Assembly (NCBI RefSeq): GCF_963921235.1
Contig: NC_086108.1
Location: forward strand, 25,296,001 to 25,360,000
Origin: Mobula hypostoma
Taxonomy: Eukaryota
DNA: 64,000 bases
Direction of reading: 5' to 3'
Each line of letters opens with the position of its first letter. The stretch's first letter is position 1. Below are positions 11,571-25,246 of the stretch, piece after piece. A model generated the notes under the pieces. The model did not search any database. It worked only from the letters and a program-made list of their open reading frames with translations, and had not been told where the DNA came from. The position numbers and the translations under genes were made by a program.

Positions 11571-12910
11571 ACTGAGAATGTGTTCTTCACCTTCTATCAG
11601 CCTGTCTGGCTCTGCGAATTTCCAGGCTAGGTCAAATTGATCAGATGATTTTTTTTTTGCCACACTCATTCAGTTTTTCGGGCTGTAGTAAGGATTGATA
11701 ATGCACCTTTGTCGAACTAAATTACACTCACTTTTGATAAAAATAAGATTCTCAAAAAAAAAACAATTTATTCAATGCAATATAATTACCCTGTCATGGG
11801 CTGCTTTGTAATATTCTTCATGCATCAATGATTTATAATTCATTTCTTAATCTCAACTTTCATAATTAAATTTGGAAGAACACTTTAGTGGTGAATGAGT
11901 TAGCCATGACTGCATCTGTCGTTAAGTAAAAATAATTAACACATTTCATTGTGTCATGAAGTACCTTAATAACCATGTAAACACCCTGGTAAGTAGAGAG
12001 CTAGATTTAAGCAGAGAAAATAATAACTACAGTGCAGAGAAAATTGGTTCTCTTTCAAGTCATTGAAAGGGGTCTTACTAGGCTCCAAGATATTAGGTCC
12101 CAAGAACAAACCAGTCTAGAAACGACTGGGCTTTCTCGATCCATTGTCCTTTTGCTAGATAAGACCAAATGGGTGGAGACTTTTATGGAGCATGAGATAA
12201 ATCAATTTGGCCAAACAACTTGCTACAAATTCTACATAAAAAGCTGAACTATTTACCCCAATTCAATTCCCCTGTCTAAGAGTTTGTCAATGTTGTTTTC
12301 TGTATATATATTTTTTTGGATGTGTGCGTTTAACATAACCATTGATTACCTAGTCATTTCTGAGTGCGATTTTGTATCCGCTTTCGTGTCAAACCCACCT
12401 AATGATGTTAAGCATCATAAGATGCTTGAAGTTCACCATCTGTGAAATGTTTATCGACATTTGTCTGAAAAAAGAAAGATATTCTTTCTTCAAAGGAGGA
12501 CAACCATTTACTGACACTGAAAAATCAGAGACAGGGTTACCTTTTGGGCCAATCACACATTAAACCAGTTAGACTGCTGCTTAAGATTCTACACAGTTAT
12601 ATCTCACTCTGCTCACATTAGACCCATTTTTCTAACATCTTCAGACATATTGCTGCAGCGGACACCTACATACAATATCCCTGTGTCTAGATCGTACACT
12701 GCAGTTCATAGAAGACATTAGAATGCAAAGGCATCTCCAAGACTCCATACGCATCATTGAGGAACATGTAGATATCAAGAGGTGCCTTATCAGAGAAACG
12801 CTGCCATCCCTGGGTAACAAGTAAGTTCTGTTTTCACAGATGTCTGCTCATCAATTTCATTTGTAAATTGAAAAACACACAAAAATCACTCAATATAGTA
12901 ATCACTGCAA

Positions 12911-13091
12911 AGATCTGGCATGTCATCTAAAACTTTGATAAACCTCTATAGATGCACAGTAGAGAGTGTCTAACTGTTTGTATCATGGCCTGGTATGGAA
13001 ACACCAGTGCCCAGGAATGGAAAAGCCTATAGACAGCGGTGGACACACCCCATCCCATCACAGGCCAAGCTCTCCCCACCACTGAGCACAT
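12911..13091 (+). mobile_element. Rex1/Babar fragment, left half of a copy that resumes at 25247
   Basis: ggcatgtcatctaaaactttg...gcctggtatggaaacacc...ctccccaccactgagcacat aligns with the Rex1 copy at 53.7-54.1 kb. Confidence 0.75.
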
Positions 13092-13864
13092 GAGTCATAG
13101 AGTCATAGAACACTGGAGCAGAGAAACAAGCCAAATCATTTCAAATGCCTACTCCCAGCAACCTGCACTGAACCACAGCTCTCCAGACCCTTACCATCCC
13201 TGTACCTATCCAAACTTCTCTAACACATTGAAGTTGAGATTGCATGCACCACTTGCACTGGCAGCTCATTCCACACTCTCACAACGCACTCAGTAAAAAA
13301 GCTTCTCCTTAAACATTTTACCTTTCCCCCTTAGAACCTAAGACCTCCAGTTTTATTCTCACCTAACCTCAGTGGAAAAAGCCGGCTTGCATTTAACCTA
13401 CCTACATCCCTCATTTTTGTGTACCTCTATCAAATCTCCCTTCAATCTTCCAAATTCCAGGGAATAAAATCCTAATCTATTCAATCTTTCCTTATGTCTC
13501 AGGTCCTCCAGGCCCAGCAACATCCTTGTTAATTTTCTCTGCACTCTTTCAACCTTATTTACTTCTTTCCTGTAGTTAGGTGACCAAAAGTGTACAGAAT
13601 ACTCCAAATTAGGTTTCACTATTGTCTTACACAATTTCAACATAACATCCCATGCCCTGTACTCAGTACTTTGATTTATGAAAACCAATATGCCAAAAGC
13701 TTACTTTATGACCCCGTCTATCTGTGCTGCCACTTCCAATAAATTATAGACCTGTATTTCCAGATCCCTTTGTTTTAACACATTCCTCAGTGCCCTACCG
13801 TTCACTTTGTAAGACCTATCCTTGTGGGTCCTACTGAAGTGCAACACCTTGCACTTGTCTTCAT

Positions 13865-13992
13865 TCAGGTATATGGAGGAATTTAAGGTGGGGGCTTATA
13901 TGGGAGGCAGGGTTTGAGGGTCGGCACAACATTGTGGGCTGAAGGGCCTGTACTGTGCTGTACTATTCTATGTTCTATGTTCTATGTTCTAT
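13865..13992 (+). mobile_element. Short CR1 3' tail inserted in the large CR1
   Basis: ggcacaacattgtgggctgaagggcctgtactgtgctgtac followed by (TTCTATG)n; the same tail occurs at 3515-3585. Confidence 0.75.
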
Positions 13993-14804
13993 TAAAACCC
14001 ATCTGCTATTTTTCAGCTGGTCCACATTCTGCTGCAAGCTCTGATAAGTTTTCCTCACTGTCCACTACACCCCTAATCTGCTAATATGCTGATCAAGTTA
14101 ACCACATTATCATCCAGATTGTTGGTATAGATGACAAACAACAACGGACCTAGCACCAATTCTTGCAGCACTCCACTAGTCAAGCCCTCCAGTCAGAGAG
14201 GCAACCATATACTACCGCTCTCTGGCTGCTCCAAAAAGCCTATGTCTAATCCAATTTACTACCTCATCTTGAATGCCAAGTGAATGAACCTTCTTGACCA
14301 ACTCTCATGCGAGATCTTGTCAAAGGCCTTGCCTGAGACCATGTGGAGAATATCCACTGCCTTGTCGTCATCAATATTCCTGGTAACTTCCTTTAAAAAC
14401 TCTATAAATTTGGTTAGACATGATCTACCACAGATACATCCATGCTGACTATCACTAATCAGTCCGTGACTTTTCAAATATTCATATATCCGGTCCCTTG
14501 GAATACCTTCCTCTAACATTCCCACTACTGATGCCAGATTTGCCGGCCTATATTTTCCTGGTTTATTTTTAGAGTCTTCTTTTAACAACAGAACAACATT
14601 AGCTATCCTCCAATCCTCTGGTACCTCAACTGTCACTAAAGATGATTTAAATATCTCCCTACTGCCCCGCAATTCCCTCCCACCCTAATTTGCCTCAAGA
14701 CAGCAAATGCCTCCTCCTCTGTAATCTGTATAGTGTCCATGATCTCACTGCTCCATTCTGTCCATCTCCCAAGTACATTTAGATGCAAAAAAATCCATTT
14801 AAAA

Positions 14805-15884
14805 TTTAAGGTAAGATAAGATAAAACTTTATTTATCCTGAAGGAAATTATTGTTGCAAGGTTGCTCAGTCATAAACATATACTTTAAAATACAAAATAT
14901 AGGCATTGAGGTACAAAAAAGAATACAAAATGTGCATTAAAAAGTAAGAATGCAAGACGCAGATGTGCAATGAAACTATATACTTATATACTTAAGGAGG
15001 AGGAGTTGTAGAGTCTTATAGCCACAGGGAGAAAGATTCTCCCATGGCATACAGTGGTACACCTCGGTGGAATCATTCTGTTACAAAAGGTGCACCCCTG
15101 TTTGTCCAGTATATCATGGGGGGGGGTTGGTGAGAGGGATTGTCCATAATGCTCCGTAGCTTCTGCAGCATCTTCCTCTCAGACACAACCACCAGGGAAT
15201 CCAGTTCCACCCCCAAAGTATAACCAGCCTTCCTGATGAGCTTATCGATCCTCTTGATGTCTGCTACTCTCACCCTGCTGCCCCAGCGGTCTACAGTGTA
15301 GAATAGAATGCTGGCCATTACAGACTCATTGAACATCTGCAGCATAGTACTGCAGGCGTTGAATGAGCAGATCCTCCTCAGGAAGTGCAGTTGGCTCTGT
15401 CTTTCTCTGTCTGTCTTCCTGTATATTTTTTGGTCCAGTCTAGTTTATTGTCCCGGATGACTTCCAGATCATCCCTGATGGAGATGGGAATGCAAGGTGT
15501 TTTCACCTTCCTGGTCCACCACCAGCTTCTTTGTCTGAGTGATGTTGAGCTGTAGGTGATTCAACCCACACTAGTTAACAAAGTTGTCCACCACTCTTCT
15601 GTAGTAAGCCTCTTGACCCCAGCTGCCACAGCCCACATCTGCTGAATAATCTGAAAACTTCTGCAGGTGGCAGGACTCCGTGTTGTATCTGAAATCCGAG
15701 GTGTAGATGGTGAACAGGAAGGGGGACAGGACTGTCCCTGAAGTGCGCCTGTGCTGCTAACCACAGTATCTGATCTCTGCAATCTCACATACCGTGGCTG
15801 TGTGGACAGGTAGTCTGTAATCCAGGGCACTAGTGGAACATCCACCTGCATCTCCGTGAGCTCACTCCCGAGGAAAGCAGGGCA
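14805..15884 (-). mobile_element. Rex1/Babar-type LINE 3' fragment nested in CR1
   Basis: WITDYLS..P.YVRL...VVSSTGA.QG and LQMF.ESV.AS.LFY...WGS..KLIRKAG, with an (AAGAT)n tail. Confidence 0.8.
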
Positions 15885-16640
15885 TCTCTTTTACCCCATC
15901 TCTTTTAGTTCCATGCATAAATTACCACTCTGATCTTCCAGAGGACCAATATTGTTCCTTCCTATCCCTTTGCTCGTAATGTATCTATAGAAGCCCCCGG
16001 GATTATCCTTCACCTTGTCTACTACAGCAAGCTCATGTCTTATTTTAGCCCTCCTGATTTCCTTCTTAAGCATTGTCTTGCATTTCTTATACTCCATAAG
16101 TACCTCATTTGTCCCTACCTGTCTATACCTGCTATGCACCTTTTTTTTAAACCAGGGTCTCAATATCTCTGGAAAACCAAGGTTCCCTAAATCTGTTGTC
16201 TTTATCATTTATACTGACAGGCACATACAAGCTTTGTACTCCCAGAATTTCATTTTTGAAGGCTTCGCATGTACCAAGTACACCTTTGCTAGAAAACACC
16301 ATTTCCCAATCCACACTTGCCAGATCCTTTCTGATACCATCAGAATTGCCCTTTCACTAATTTAGAGTCTCAACCCATGGACCAGAGCTATCTTTTTTCC
16401 ATATTTACTTTCAAATTAGTGGCTTTATGATCACTAAATGCGAAGCGTTCCCCCACACAAACTTCTGTCATCTGCCCTGTCTCATCCCCTAATAGGAGAT
16501 CAAGTATCGCACACTCTGTCATTGGGACTTTTATGTACTGATTAAAGAAACTTTCCTGAACACATTTGACAAAATTTATTCCATCCACTCCTAATACATT
16601 ATGAGAGTCCCAGTCAATATGTGGAAAGTTAAAATCACCT

Positions 16641-17044
16641 AGATAGATAGATAGATAGATAGATACTTTATTGATCCCAAAGGAAATTACAGTGTCACAG
16701 CAGCATTACAAGTGCACGGATATAAACATTAGAAGAGAATTAGAAAGAATGAAAAATAAGTTACCACAAACAGTCTGACAGGAGGGGGATCATCACTTCC
16801 TTGACTATAGATTGACTCATTATAGAGCCTAATGGCTGAGGGTAAGAATGACCTCATATAGCGCTCTTTGGAACAGCACAATTGTCTTCGTCTATTACTA
16901 AATTGCTCCTCTGTTCAGCCAATATGACACACAGAGGGTGAGAAACAATGTCCAGAATTGCTAGGATTTCCCATCGTGTCCTTTGGTTCTACCACAGCCT
17001 CCAATGTGTCCAGTTTGACTCCTATAATAGATCCAGCCTTTCTA
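16641..17044 (-). mobile_element. Rex1/Babar-type LINE 3' end nested in CR1
   Basis: (AGAT)n tail then tttattgatcccaaaggaaatt. The CR1 sequence aaatcacct|actataac resumes on both sides. Confidence 0.7.
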
Positions 17045-17174
17045 ACCTACTATAACAACTCAATGTTTCTTGCAACAGTCTGCAATCTCTCTGGAAACTT
17101 GTTCCTCCAAATCCCATATACTGTTGCGTGGCCTATAATATAGTTTAATTAATATGGTCATACCTTTTTTTATT

Positions 17175-17989
17175 AACAAACAAGAGAAAATCTGCAGATG
17201 CTGTAAATCCAAGCAAAACACACAAAATGCTGGAGGAACTCAGCAGGTCAGACAGCATCTATAGAAAAAAGTACAGTTAACGTTTTGGGCCGAGACACTT
17301 TGGCAGGACTGGAGAAAAATATATGAGGAGTAGATTTAAAAGGTGAGGGAGGGGAGAGAGAAACGCAAGGTGATAGGTGAAACGTTAAGGGGGGAGGAAT
17401 GAAGTAAAGAGATGAGAAGTTGAAAAAGTCAATTGTATGTGAGTACCTGGGGACATCAGAGGGTCCAAATCGAGAAGCTTGAAAATGAATCTGGAAGCCA
17501 TGTGGTACAAACTGGCAGTGAAGACATGTTTCCAGGAAGGATACATGGCTGTAGTAGTGGGTCTGGGTAAGCACGTGGTCGAAGAGTCGGAGAACAGCAG
17601 GGATCACAGAGGGAGCAGTGAGAGAAGGTTATTTGATTACTACCTACACTGTGAGGTCTCTTCCAGGAATGCCTACCCTGATGAATTAAATCTTCCCTTC
17701 AATAGGAGTTCAGTGAAACGCTCTCTCATTGTTTCTTGATTTGAACCCTCTGAGGACCCCAGGTACTCACATTCAAATGACTGTTTCAGCTTCCCAGCTT
17801 GTTACCTTATCCTCCCCCTCCCGGTTTTACCCATCACCTTGTGCTTCTCTCTCCTCTCGCCCACCTTTTAAATCTACTCCTTTTTTCTCTCCAGTCCTGC
17901 TGAAGGGTCTCAGCCCGAAACGTTGATCGTACTCTTTTCCATAGATACTGCCTGGCCTGTTGAGTTCCTCCATCATTTTATGTGTGTTG
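17175..17989. mobile_element. Penelope-like insertion with inverted pLTRs and 15-16 bp TSD
   Basis: TSD CATAC(C)TTTTTTTATT at 17159-17174 and 17990-18004. pLTR ends face outward. The interior encodes the PLE ORF N-terminus (SHVSFLETCL...VPHGFQIHF). Confidence 0.82.
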
Positions 17990-18162
17990 CATACTTTTTT
18001 TATTGTTCATTTCCATCTATAAAGCCCCGCAAGATGAGTTCTTCAGTCTGGCCTGACTGAGCACTGCTGTAACATTTTCACTGAATAGAAACGCAACCCC
18101 TCTCCCTTTAATCCCATATGCTCTGTCATGTCTAAATCAGTGGAACCCCAGAATATTGAATG

Positions 18163-21100
18163 TGTTGTTATGTGTGTACATAATAAAGAACTTCATTTCC
18201 CAGTGGACAGTGTGTGTGGTTCACTGCAACCAGAATTAATGTGGGAGAGCTTGTTGTATGTGCTTGGGCTGGAGAAAAAGCCATTGCTGTAAATCTGTAA
18301 ATGAAATAGTTCCAGGGTTTTCACCCACGCTGCTTGTCTTTACAGAGAAGAAAGATAACATGGTGGCAGAATTCAGAGTGAGGTCGAAACACAGACAGTA
18401 AATGAATATCATGAGGGACTGAAGAAAAAGTCTCTCGGTTCCGATAGAGAGAAGCTGCTGGCAACAGAGCACGCTGTCTCGAAGTTCACCAAGAAATTGA
18501 AGTGAGAGTCTGCAAATCCCTTCAATTTATAAGCTAAGTCCTCCCACACTATGCAGTTCACTGAGAATTTAACTGATAACTGACAACTGTTCAAACTGTG
18601 GTTCAATAAATACTGTATTTAGTAGTGACCAGGGCCAGAAAGGTGGAGGAAAAATTAAAAGTGTCTATCTTTCTGTATCTAATTGGTGAATATGCTTTAG
18701 ACATACACAACAGCTTTCAAATTGATGAGGCAGCCTTTGCTTTGGACAATCAAATAACAAACTTTAAGGAGTATTTTGTCCCAAGTAAGAACGTCCCATT
18801 TGAGAGATATAATTTCTTTTCCTGTGACCAGAAACAATATGTTAGCTTTGACCAATACTTAGCTCAGCTTCACACATGAAGTAAGTCCTGTGAGTTTGGA
18901 GATTTGAAGGACTCACTAGTCAGAGACAAAATAGTTTTTGGAATCCCCGATAATGTGCCTAGAGAAAGCTTGCTAAACAAAAAAGATTTGACATGGAAAA
19001 ATGCTGTGAATATGTGTAGGCAGCAAAGACCACACGGGCACAAGCTATGGAGGTGCACAGAGCAGAAACAACAATGTATGCTATGAAAACAGAGGGGCAG
19101 AGCACAAGCTATTTCACGAAGCACAGAAAAGAGGTAGGCTCAAACAACAAATGTGGAAGTAGCGACAGCCCAATGATATGTCCTGTTTATGGAAAGTCCT
19201 GCAATGATTGTGGGAAGAAGAATCATTTTGCAAAATGCTACAAAACTGGGGCTACCAAGAGGGAGGTGCACACTGTTGATGAGGAAATGGAGGAAGTCTT
19301 TGTGGATTCTCTGCAGCCTGGTGGTGCTGGTAAAACAGAATGGGTCATTCTAGCGACTGTGAATGAGGCAGTAATTCCATTCAAGCTTGACACTTGAACC
19401 GAGGTGAATCATTGTCTATGCATGATAACAGGACCCGCAAAGTAAAGAGCAAGATTTACCGAGTGAAGTTAAAAGTTACAGGCTATACAGGTGAGAATGT
19501 TCCAGTAAAAGGAGGTTATATAGTGACCTTCAAGCCCAAGGTGCAGCACCTAAAAGCACAGCTACTAAAAGATTGTAGAAAAGAGCGTACAGCCAATATT
19601 AGGTCTGAGTGCATGTAAATAGCTCAGCCGGAGAAAATGAGTTTTCATAGTGGCTTCACAGATGAAGGATGACCACATTTCACTCGTAAAAGTGTACGCA
19701 GATGTCTTTGAGGGGCTTGGATGCTTATCTGGTGTACACAAAGTCCATGTAGATGAGCCAGTAGTTGGTGTTGCTCATGCATGCAGGAAATTTCCATTTG
19801 CACAGAGACGAACTTAAACAAGAACTAGCACACGTGGAGCTGTTAAATGTCATACAGAAGATTGAAGAACCCACAGATTGGGTGAGCTTTCTGGTCATTG
19901 TGCAAATGGAAAATGGAAGATTGCGGATATGTCTAGACACAAGAGATCTCAATAAAGCCATCAAGGGAGAGCAATTTAAATTGCCATCACGGGAGGAGAT
20001 GATGTCCCCGTCTGCAGGTGCCAAGAGATTTAGCAAACTCAACACGTTGTCTGGGCTTTGGAAGATGAAGTTGAATGAGACAAGTTCAAAACTGTATTTT
20101 AGCACAGCACAGGGAAGATATCACTTTCTTCAGCTACCATATGGGATTCCGTCAGCACTAGAAGTCTACAATAAAACCATCAATATGATCTTTCAAGGCA
20201 TGATGAATGACATATTCATCTGGGGGTCCACCCAGATCTTGGTTGATGTGTTCCAGTACGGGCCTGGACCAGTACTACTGCAGAGCATGATGACGCATAC
20301 CAACCTGTGACCTAGGAATCAAGGGCTTTAACAACTACAGAAGCTAACTATGCACAAATAGAGAAAGAACTTCTCGCCAGCACATATGCATGTGAAAGGT
20401 TCCATCAGTACATCTACAGACAAGATTTTGAAGTGGAAATAGACCATAAACCATTGGTCTCAATTATGTCCAAACCACTGTAGACTGTCCCATGAAGATA
20501 CAGTGCATGTGATAAGGCTGCAGAAATATGATGTAAAGATGACTTACACACCAGGAAAACATATGATAGCTGTTGATGCACTGTCTCGAGCAGTCAACAA
20601 GAAAGTAAAGAATGACCAAAAGATTAACGTGGATACACAGGTCAATACTGATATGATTGTCACTTTGATTCCCATATCTCCCAATAGAATAGAGAATATT
20701 AGGACAGCAGCAAGGACACATGGAATAAGGAAAGTACTCAAAGAGACAATACAGAAAGGATAGCCAGCAATGAATAATGACTATCTAATGTATATTTTGG
20801 ATTATTGGGCATGCAGAGCTAAATTGTCAGTAGTGGAAGTTATGTTCTTCAAAGGGAACAGATTTGTGATTCCAGTGTTGCTACATATGGAAAAGTTCCA
20901 GAAAATACATGAAGGGCCTCTTGGTGAGGAAAAATGTAAATGAAAAGCCCGTGAAGTGATGTACTGGCCAAGAATGAACTAAGACATCGGCAGACCACTA
21001 CTTCATGTGAGATATGTCTTACCTACAGACCAAAGCAGTAAGCAGAACTGTTTACACCACACACTGTACCAGAGAGGCCATACCTCAAAGTTTGAGTGAA

Positions 21101-22291
21101 ATTGCTTGATTGTAATGGGAAGAGTCACATTGTTGTAACAGACTACTTTTCCAATTACTCAGAAGTTGTAACACTGCAATCAACACCCAACAAAGCAGTC
21201 ATCACCTTCTTGCAAGGTGTGTTCGGGAGGCATGGAGTTCCAAGTGAAGTGATATCAGACAGTGGTCCAGAAGTTGTGCTGTGAATTTGAATCTTTTGCC
21301 AATGATTGGGGGTTTCAATGTATAAATTCAAGCCTACATCACCCAAAATCTAAAGGCTTAGTAGAGAGTTCAGTCAAGGTAGTGAAAGGTCTCATGAAGA
21401 AAGTGCAAGATAGGCGAGAGGATTTCCACAAAAGTCTGATGATTTACAGAGGTGCACCACTGCAGAATGGCCTTTCACCAGACCAGATGCTGATGGGTCA
21501 ATGCATACTCACTCACCTTCCAGTGCACGACAACCTGTTGAGGCCTAAAGAAGCACACAAGATCAGACTGGCTGAAATAAAAGGGAAAGAGTAACAGAAA
21601 CTGTATCACAACAAGACTGTGAAAAGCCTACCAGTCCTGAAGCTAGGAGATCAAATGCGAATCTGAAATCACGATTCTGGCACTAGGTCCATGCAAGGAT
21701 ATGTGCACGGGGAATTTGATCTGCATTCCCTCCAGATTCAGATGGAGTGAGGAACACCTCTGAGAAGGAACTGTGTGGATCTACCACCACAAGATCCAAC
21801 CCATAGTAGTGACAGATCACCAGTCAGTACATCAATGAGGCTAGCAGATGTAAATAGTAAACTTTTTGATCAGAATTATCAGAAAGAAATAAATGTTATT
21901 GCGCCAAACAAGCAATACAACTTCGAGTATATAGCAGACAGACCAAAAAGGATCATTAAACCACCTCAGATAGCTGTATGTGAAACAGACTGGCTACAGA
22001 ATGTTAATACCTTTGTTGCAGAAGGATTATTGTTTCTTGCAGGTTTTTGGAGACATAGTATTGTATTTGTTTTTCTTTAAAGGGGGAAGATGTGTTATAA
22101 TGAATATACATAATAAAGAACTTCAGTTCCCAGTGGGCAATGTGGGTGGTTCACTTGGAACTGGAGTTGTCACGGAAGAGCTCGCCGCATGTGCTCGGGC
22201 TGGATTTAAAACTCTCACTGTAAATCTGTAAATAAAATTGTTCTAGTGTTTTTACATACACTGTTTGTCTTTTCAAAGAACAAACATAACA
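18163..22291 (+). mobile_element. Decayed Gypsy/Ty3 LTR retrotransposon (K02A2.6-like)
   Basis: Diverged ~200-bp LTRs 18163-18360 and 22093-22291 (TGTT..AACA), PBS TGGTGGCAGA, PPT AAAGGGGGAAGA. Gag CNDCGKKNHFAKC, protease FKLDT, RT LRICLD..DLNKAI with an internal deletion, RNase H, integrase TDYFSNY/SDSGP. Many stops and frameshifts. Confidence 0.92.
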
Positions 22292-22969
22292 CTGACCTGC
22301 CCCTTCTGCAACTAAGTCTTACTAATTTCATTTGTTGACCTATCGCTGGAGCTCATCTGCTTTTCCTACAATACCTCTTGCATTGATATATATGCAGTTT
22401 GGACATTAGTCACACGATGCTCAACCTTTTAATTCCTAACTTTGTCTGAGATTTTAACAACATCTGTCTCTTCAACTTTTCCATTATCTGTTCTGGTACT
22501 CTGGTTCCCATTTCCCTTAAACACCCCATGCAGTACTAGCAAACCTTCCTGCTAGGGTATTAGTCTCCCTCCTGTTCAGGAGCAAACTGTCTCTTCTGTA
22601 CAGGTCCCACCTTCCCTTTAAGAGAGCACAATGATCAAAAAATCTGACGCCCTTCCTCCTAGACCAACTCCTTAGCCACGTGTTAAGAGGTATGATCTTC
22701 CTATTTCTGGTCTAACTAGGATGCGGCATGTGTAGCAATCCTGAGATTACAACCCTGGAGGTCCTGCCCTCTAATTTAGCACCTAACTCCCTGAACTCCC
22801 TTTGCAGAACCTCCTCACTCTTCTTACCTATGTCATTGGTACCTACATGTACCATGACTCTGGCTGTTCACCGTCCCACTTAAGAATGTTGAGGACGCGA
22901 TCCGACGTGTCCTGGACTCTGGCACCGGGAGGCAACATATCATCCAGAAATCTCATTCTTGTCTACAGA

Positions 22970-23112
22970 TACAAGAGAAAATCTGTAGATGCTGGAAATC
23001 AAAGCAACACACACAGAAATTTGGAGAAACTCAGGCCTGAAACTTTGACTGTACTTTTTTCCATAAATGTTGCTTGGCCTGCTGAGTTCCCCAAGCATTT
23101 TGGTGAATGTTG
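22970..23112. mobile_element. Mini Penelope-like foldback insert in CR1 ORF1
   Basis: Two outward-facing pLTR ends; flanks cttgtctacaga / cttgttcacaga. Confidence 0.7.
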
Positions 23113-24004
23113 CTTGTTCACAGAACCTCCTTTCTGTTCCCCTAACTAATGAATCTCCTATCACCACAGCTTGCCTCTTCTTCCCCCGCTTCCCTACTGA
23201 GTCAGAGAGTGAGACTCAGTGCCAGAGACCTAACTGCTCTGAATTTCCTCTGCTAGGTCATCCTGCCCAAAAGTATCCAAAGAGATACACCTGTTGTTGA
23301 ATGGAATGGCCACAGGGGTACTCTGCACTGGCTGTTTAATCCCTTTCTCCTTCCTGACTGTCACCCTGTTTCCTGTGTCCTGCACCTTGGGTGTAGCTCT
23401 CTCTCTATATGCTCTATCAGCTCCTCAGCTTCCCGAATGATCCGGAGTTCATCCAGTTCCAGCTCCAACTCCTTAGTGCAGAGTGTTAGAAACTGCAGCT
23501 GGATGCACTTTTGGCAGCTGAAATCATCAGGGACACTGGAGGTCTCCCTGCCTTCCCACATCCTGCAAGAGGAGCATTTAACTATCCAGCCAGGCATTCC
23601 TACTATTCTACCTGTGCAGATATAAAGAAGGAAAAACAATAAATAAACTGGTGTGAAAATCTTCCTACAGCTTTTCGCCTTCTTTCACTCAAACCTCTTC
23701 CTTGCTGCAGCCTCTAAAACTAAAGCTTCAAAATCCCTACTCTAACAACTGTCCACTCCAATGTTTTGCTTGTTGTCAGTCAATTCTGGTTGCTAATTGG
23801 ACATTGCTCAAAGCACCAAATTGCCACAAATCAATACCTTATGTCCTCAAACAGTGAACCTGAGTGAGCTACTCACACTTTTGATTGCAAATTGGATGCT
23901 GCTCGATGCACCAAATTGCTGTTTATGTACTCAACTGGTGACCTGAGTTAGTTACATCTTCTCCTACTTCGGATTACTGATTGCCACTGCTCAAAATATC
24001 TAAA

Positions 24005-24445
24005 AGAGCCATAAGACATAGGAATATAATTAGCAAATTGCCTCAGCAATCTGCTCTGCCATTCCATCATGACTGACTTATGATGCCTCTCAACCTCATT
24101 CTCCCACCTTCTCCACATAACCTTTGACACTTCCACTAATCAAGCACCTATCAACTTCTGCTTTAAATGTACTGAATGACTTGGCCCCGACAGCCATCTG
24201 TTGCAGTGAATTCCACAGATCCATGACCCTCTAGCTAAAGAAATTCCTCCTTATTTCTGTTCTAAATGGACGTCCTTCTACTCTGAGGCAGTGCCCTTTG
24301 GTCCTAAGACTACTCCACTACAGGAAGTATCCTCTTCACATCAGTCCTGTCAAGGCCTTTCAATATTCAATGAGATCCTACCGTATTCTTTTAAACTCCA
24401 GTGACTACAGGCCCAGAACAATCAAATGCTCCTCATATGTTAACC
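24005..24445 (-). mobile_element. CR1 3' fragment
   Basis: cataagacatagga tail; gtgaattccacagat, aaagaaattcctcc and cctcatatgttaac are typical of the CR1 ORF2 end. Confidence 0.8.
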
Positions 24446-24744
24446 ACAGATAGACAGAGCAAATTAATAAGCCATAATGAAGGGCTTTGGCCTGAAACTT
24501 TAACTGTCCATTTCCCTCCACAAATGCTGCTGATCTCTTGAGTTCCTCTAGCACATTTTGAACTGCTCCGGATTCCGGCAATTACAGACTCTTTTGCCTC
24601 TGATGAGTCCCATTTATTGTTCTGAATAGGGGTTTCAGTTTGGGCATCCACTAGAATTTCTTTGCGTTATTTATAGTGTCTTAGATAAAATGGAACTCTA
24701 TGTACACACTGCCTTTTGATCTTTAAGAAAATCTTTTGGATATA

Positions 24745-25225
24745 TAAGACCATAAGACAAAGGAGCAGAATTAGGCCATTCAGCCCATCAAGTCCACTCC
24801 ACCATTTCATCATGGCTGATCCCGGATGCCATTCAACCCCATACACCTGCTCTCTCACCATATCCCCTGATTCCCTGACCAATCAGGAAACTATCAACTT
24901 CCGCTTTAAATATACCCACAGACTTGGCCTCCACCACAGTCTGTGGCAGAGCATTCCACAGATTCACACTTTGGCTAAAAAAATTCCTCTTTACTTCTGA
25001 TCTAAAAGGTTGCCTGTCAATTTTGATGCCATGCCCTGTACCTCTGGATACTTCTATTAGAGGAAACATCCTCTCCACATCCACCCTACCTAGTCCTTTC
25101 AACATTCAGTAGGTTTCAATGAGATCCACACGCATTCTTCTAAATTCCAGTGAGCACAGGCCCAAAGCTGCCAAACACTCCTCATATGTTAACTCATATC
25201 ATGTCTTTTCAGGAATTATTCTTCT
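24745..25225 (-). mobile_element. CR1 3' fragment
   Basis: ORF 24833-25105 KGLGRVDVERMFP...NFFSQ.VNLWNALP; tail taagaccataagac. Confidence 0.85.
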
Positions 25226-25246
25226 TTCTTTCCATCACATCACAAA

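Larger units (their letters stand above)
13093..23990 (-). mobile_element. Near-full-length decayed CR1 LINE (ORF1 + ORF2) fragmented by nested insertions
   Basis: Collinear minus-strand pieces: ORF1 23361-23639 (CSSCRMW..CQKC zinc finger and leucine zipper) and 22.3-23.2 kb (VIGDSLVRG esterase), endonuclease 16388-16620 (LDLLL, SDH), tether 15891-16208, RT 13398-14672, tail agtcatagagtcatagaa at 13093. The 5' limit is approximate. Confidence 0.85.

Noticed and set aside
17679..17725. CTGATGA...GAAAC as another hammerhead
   Set aside because: Stem II pairing is poor, there is no UH cleavage site with a closing stem I, and the segment appears to be the start of the Penelope ORF.
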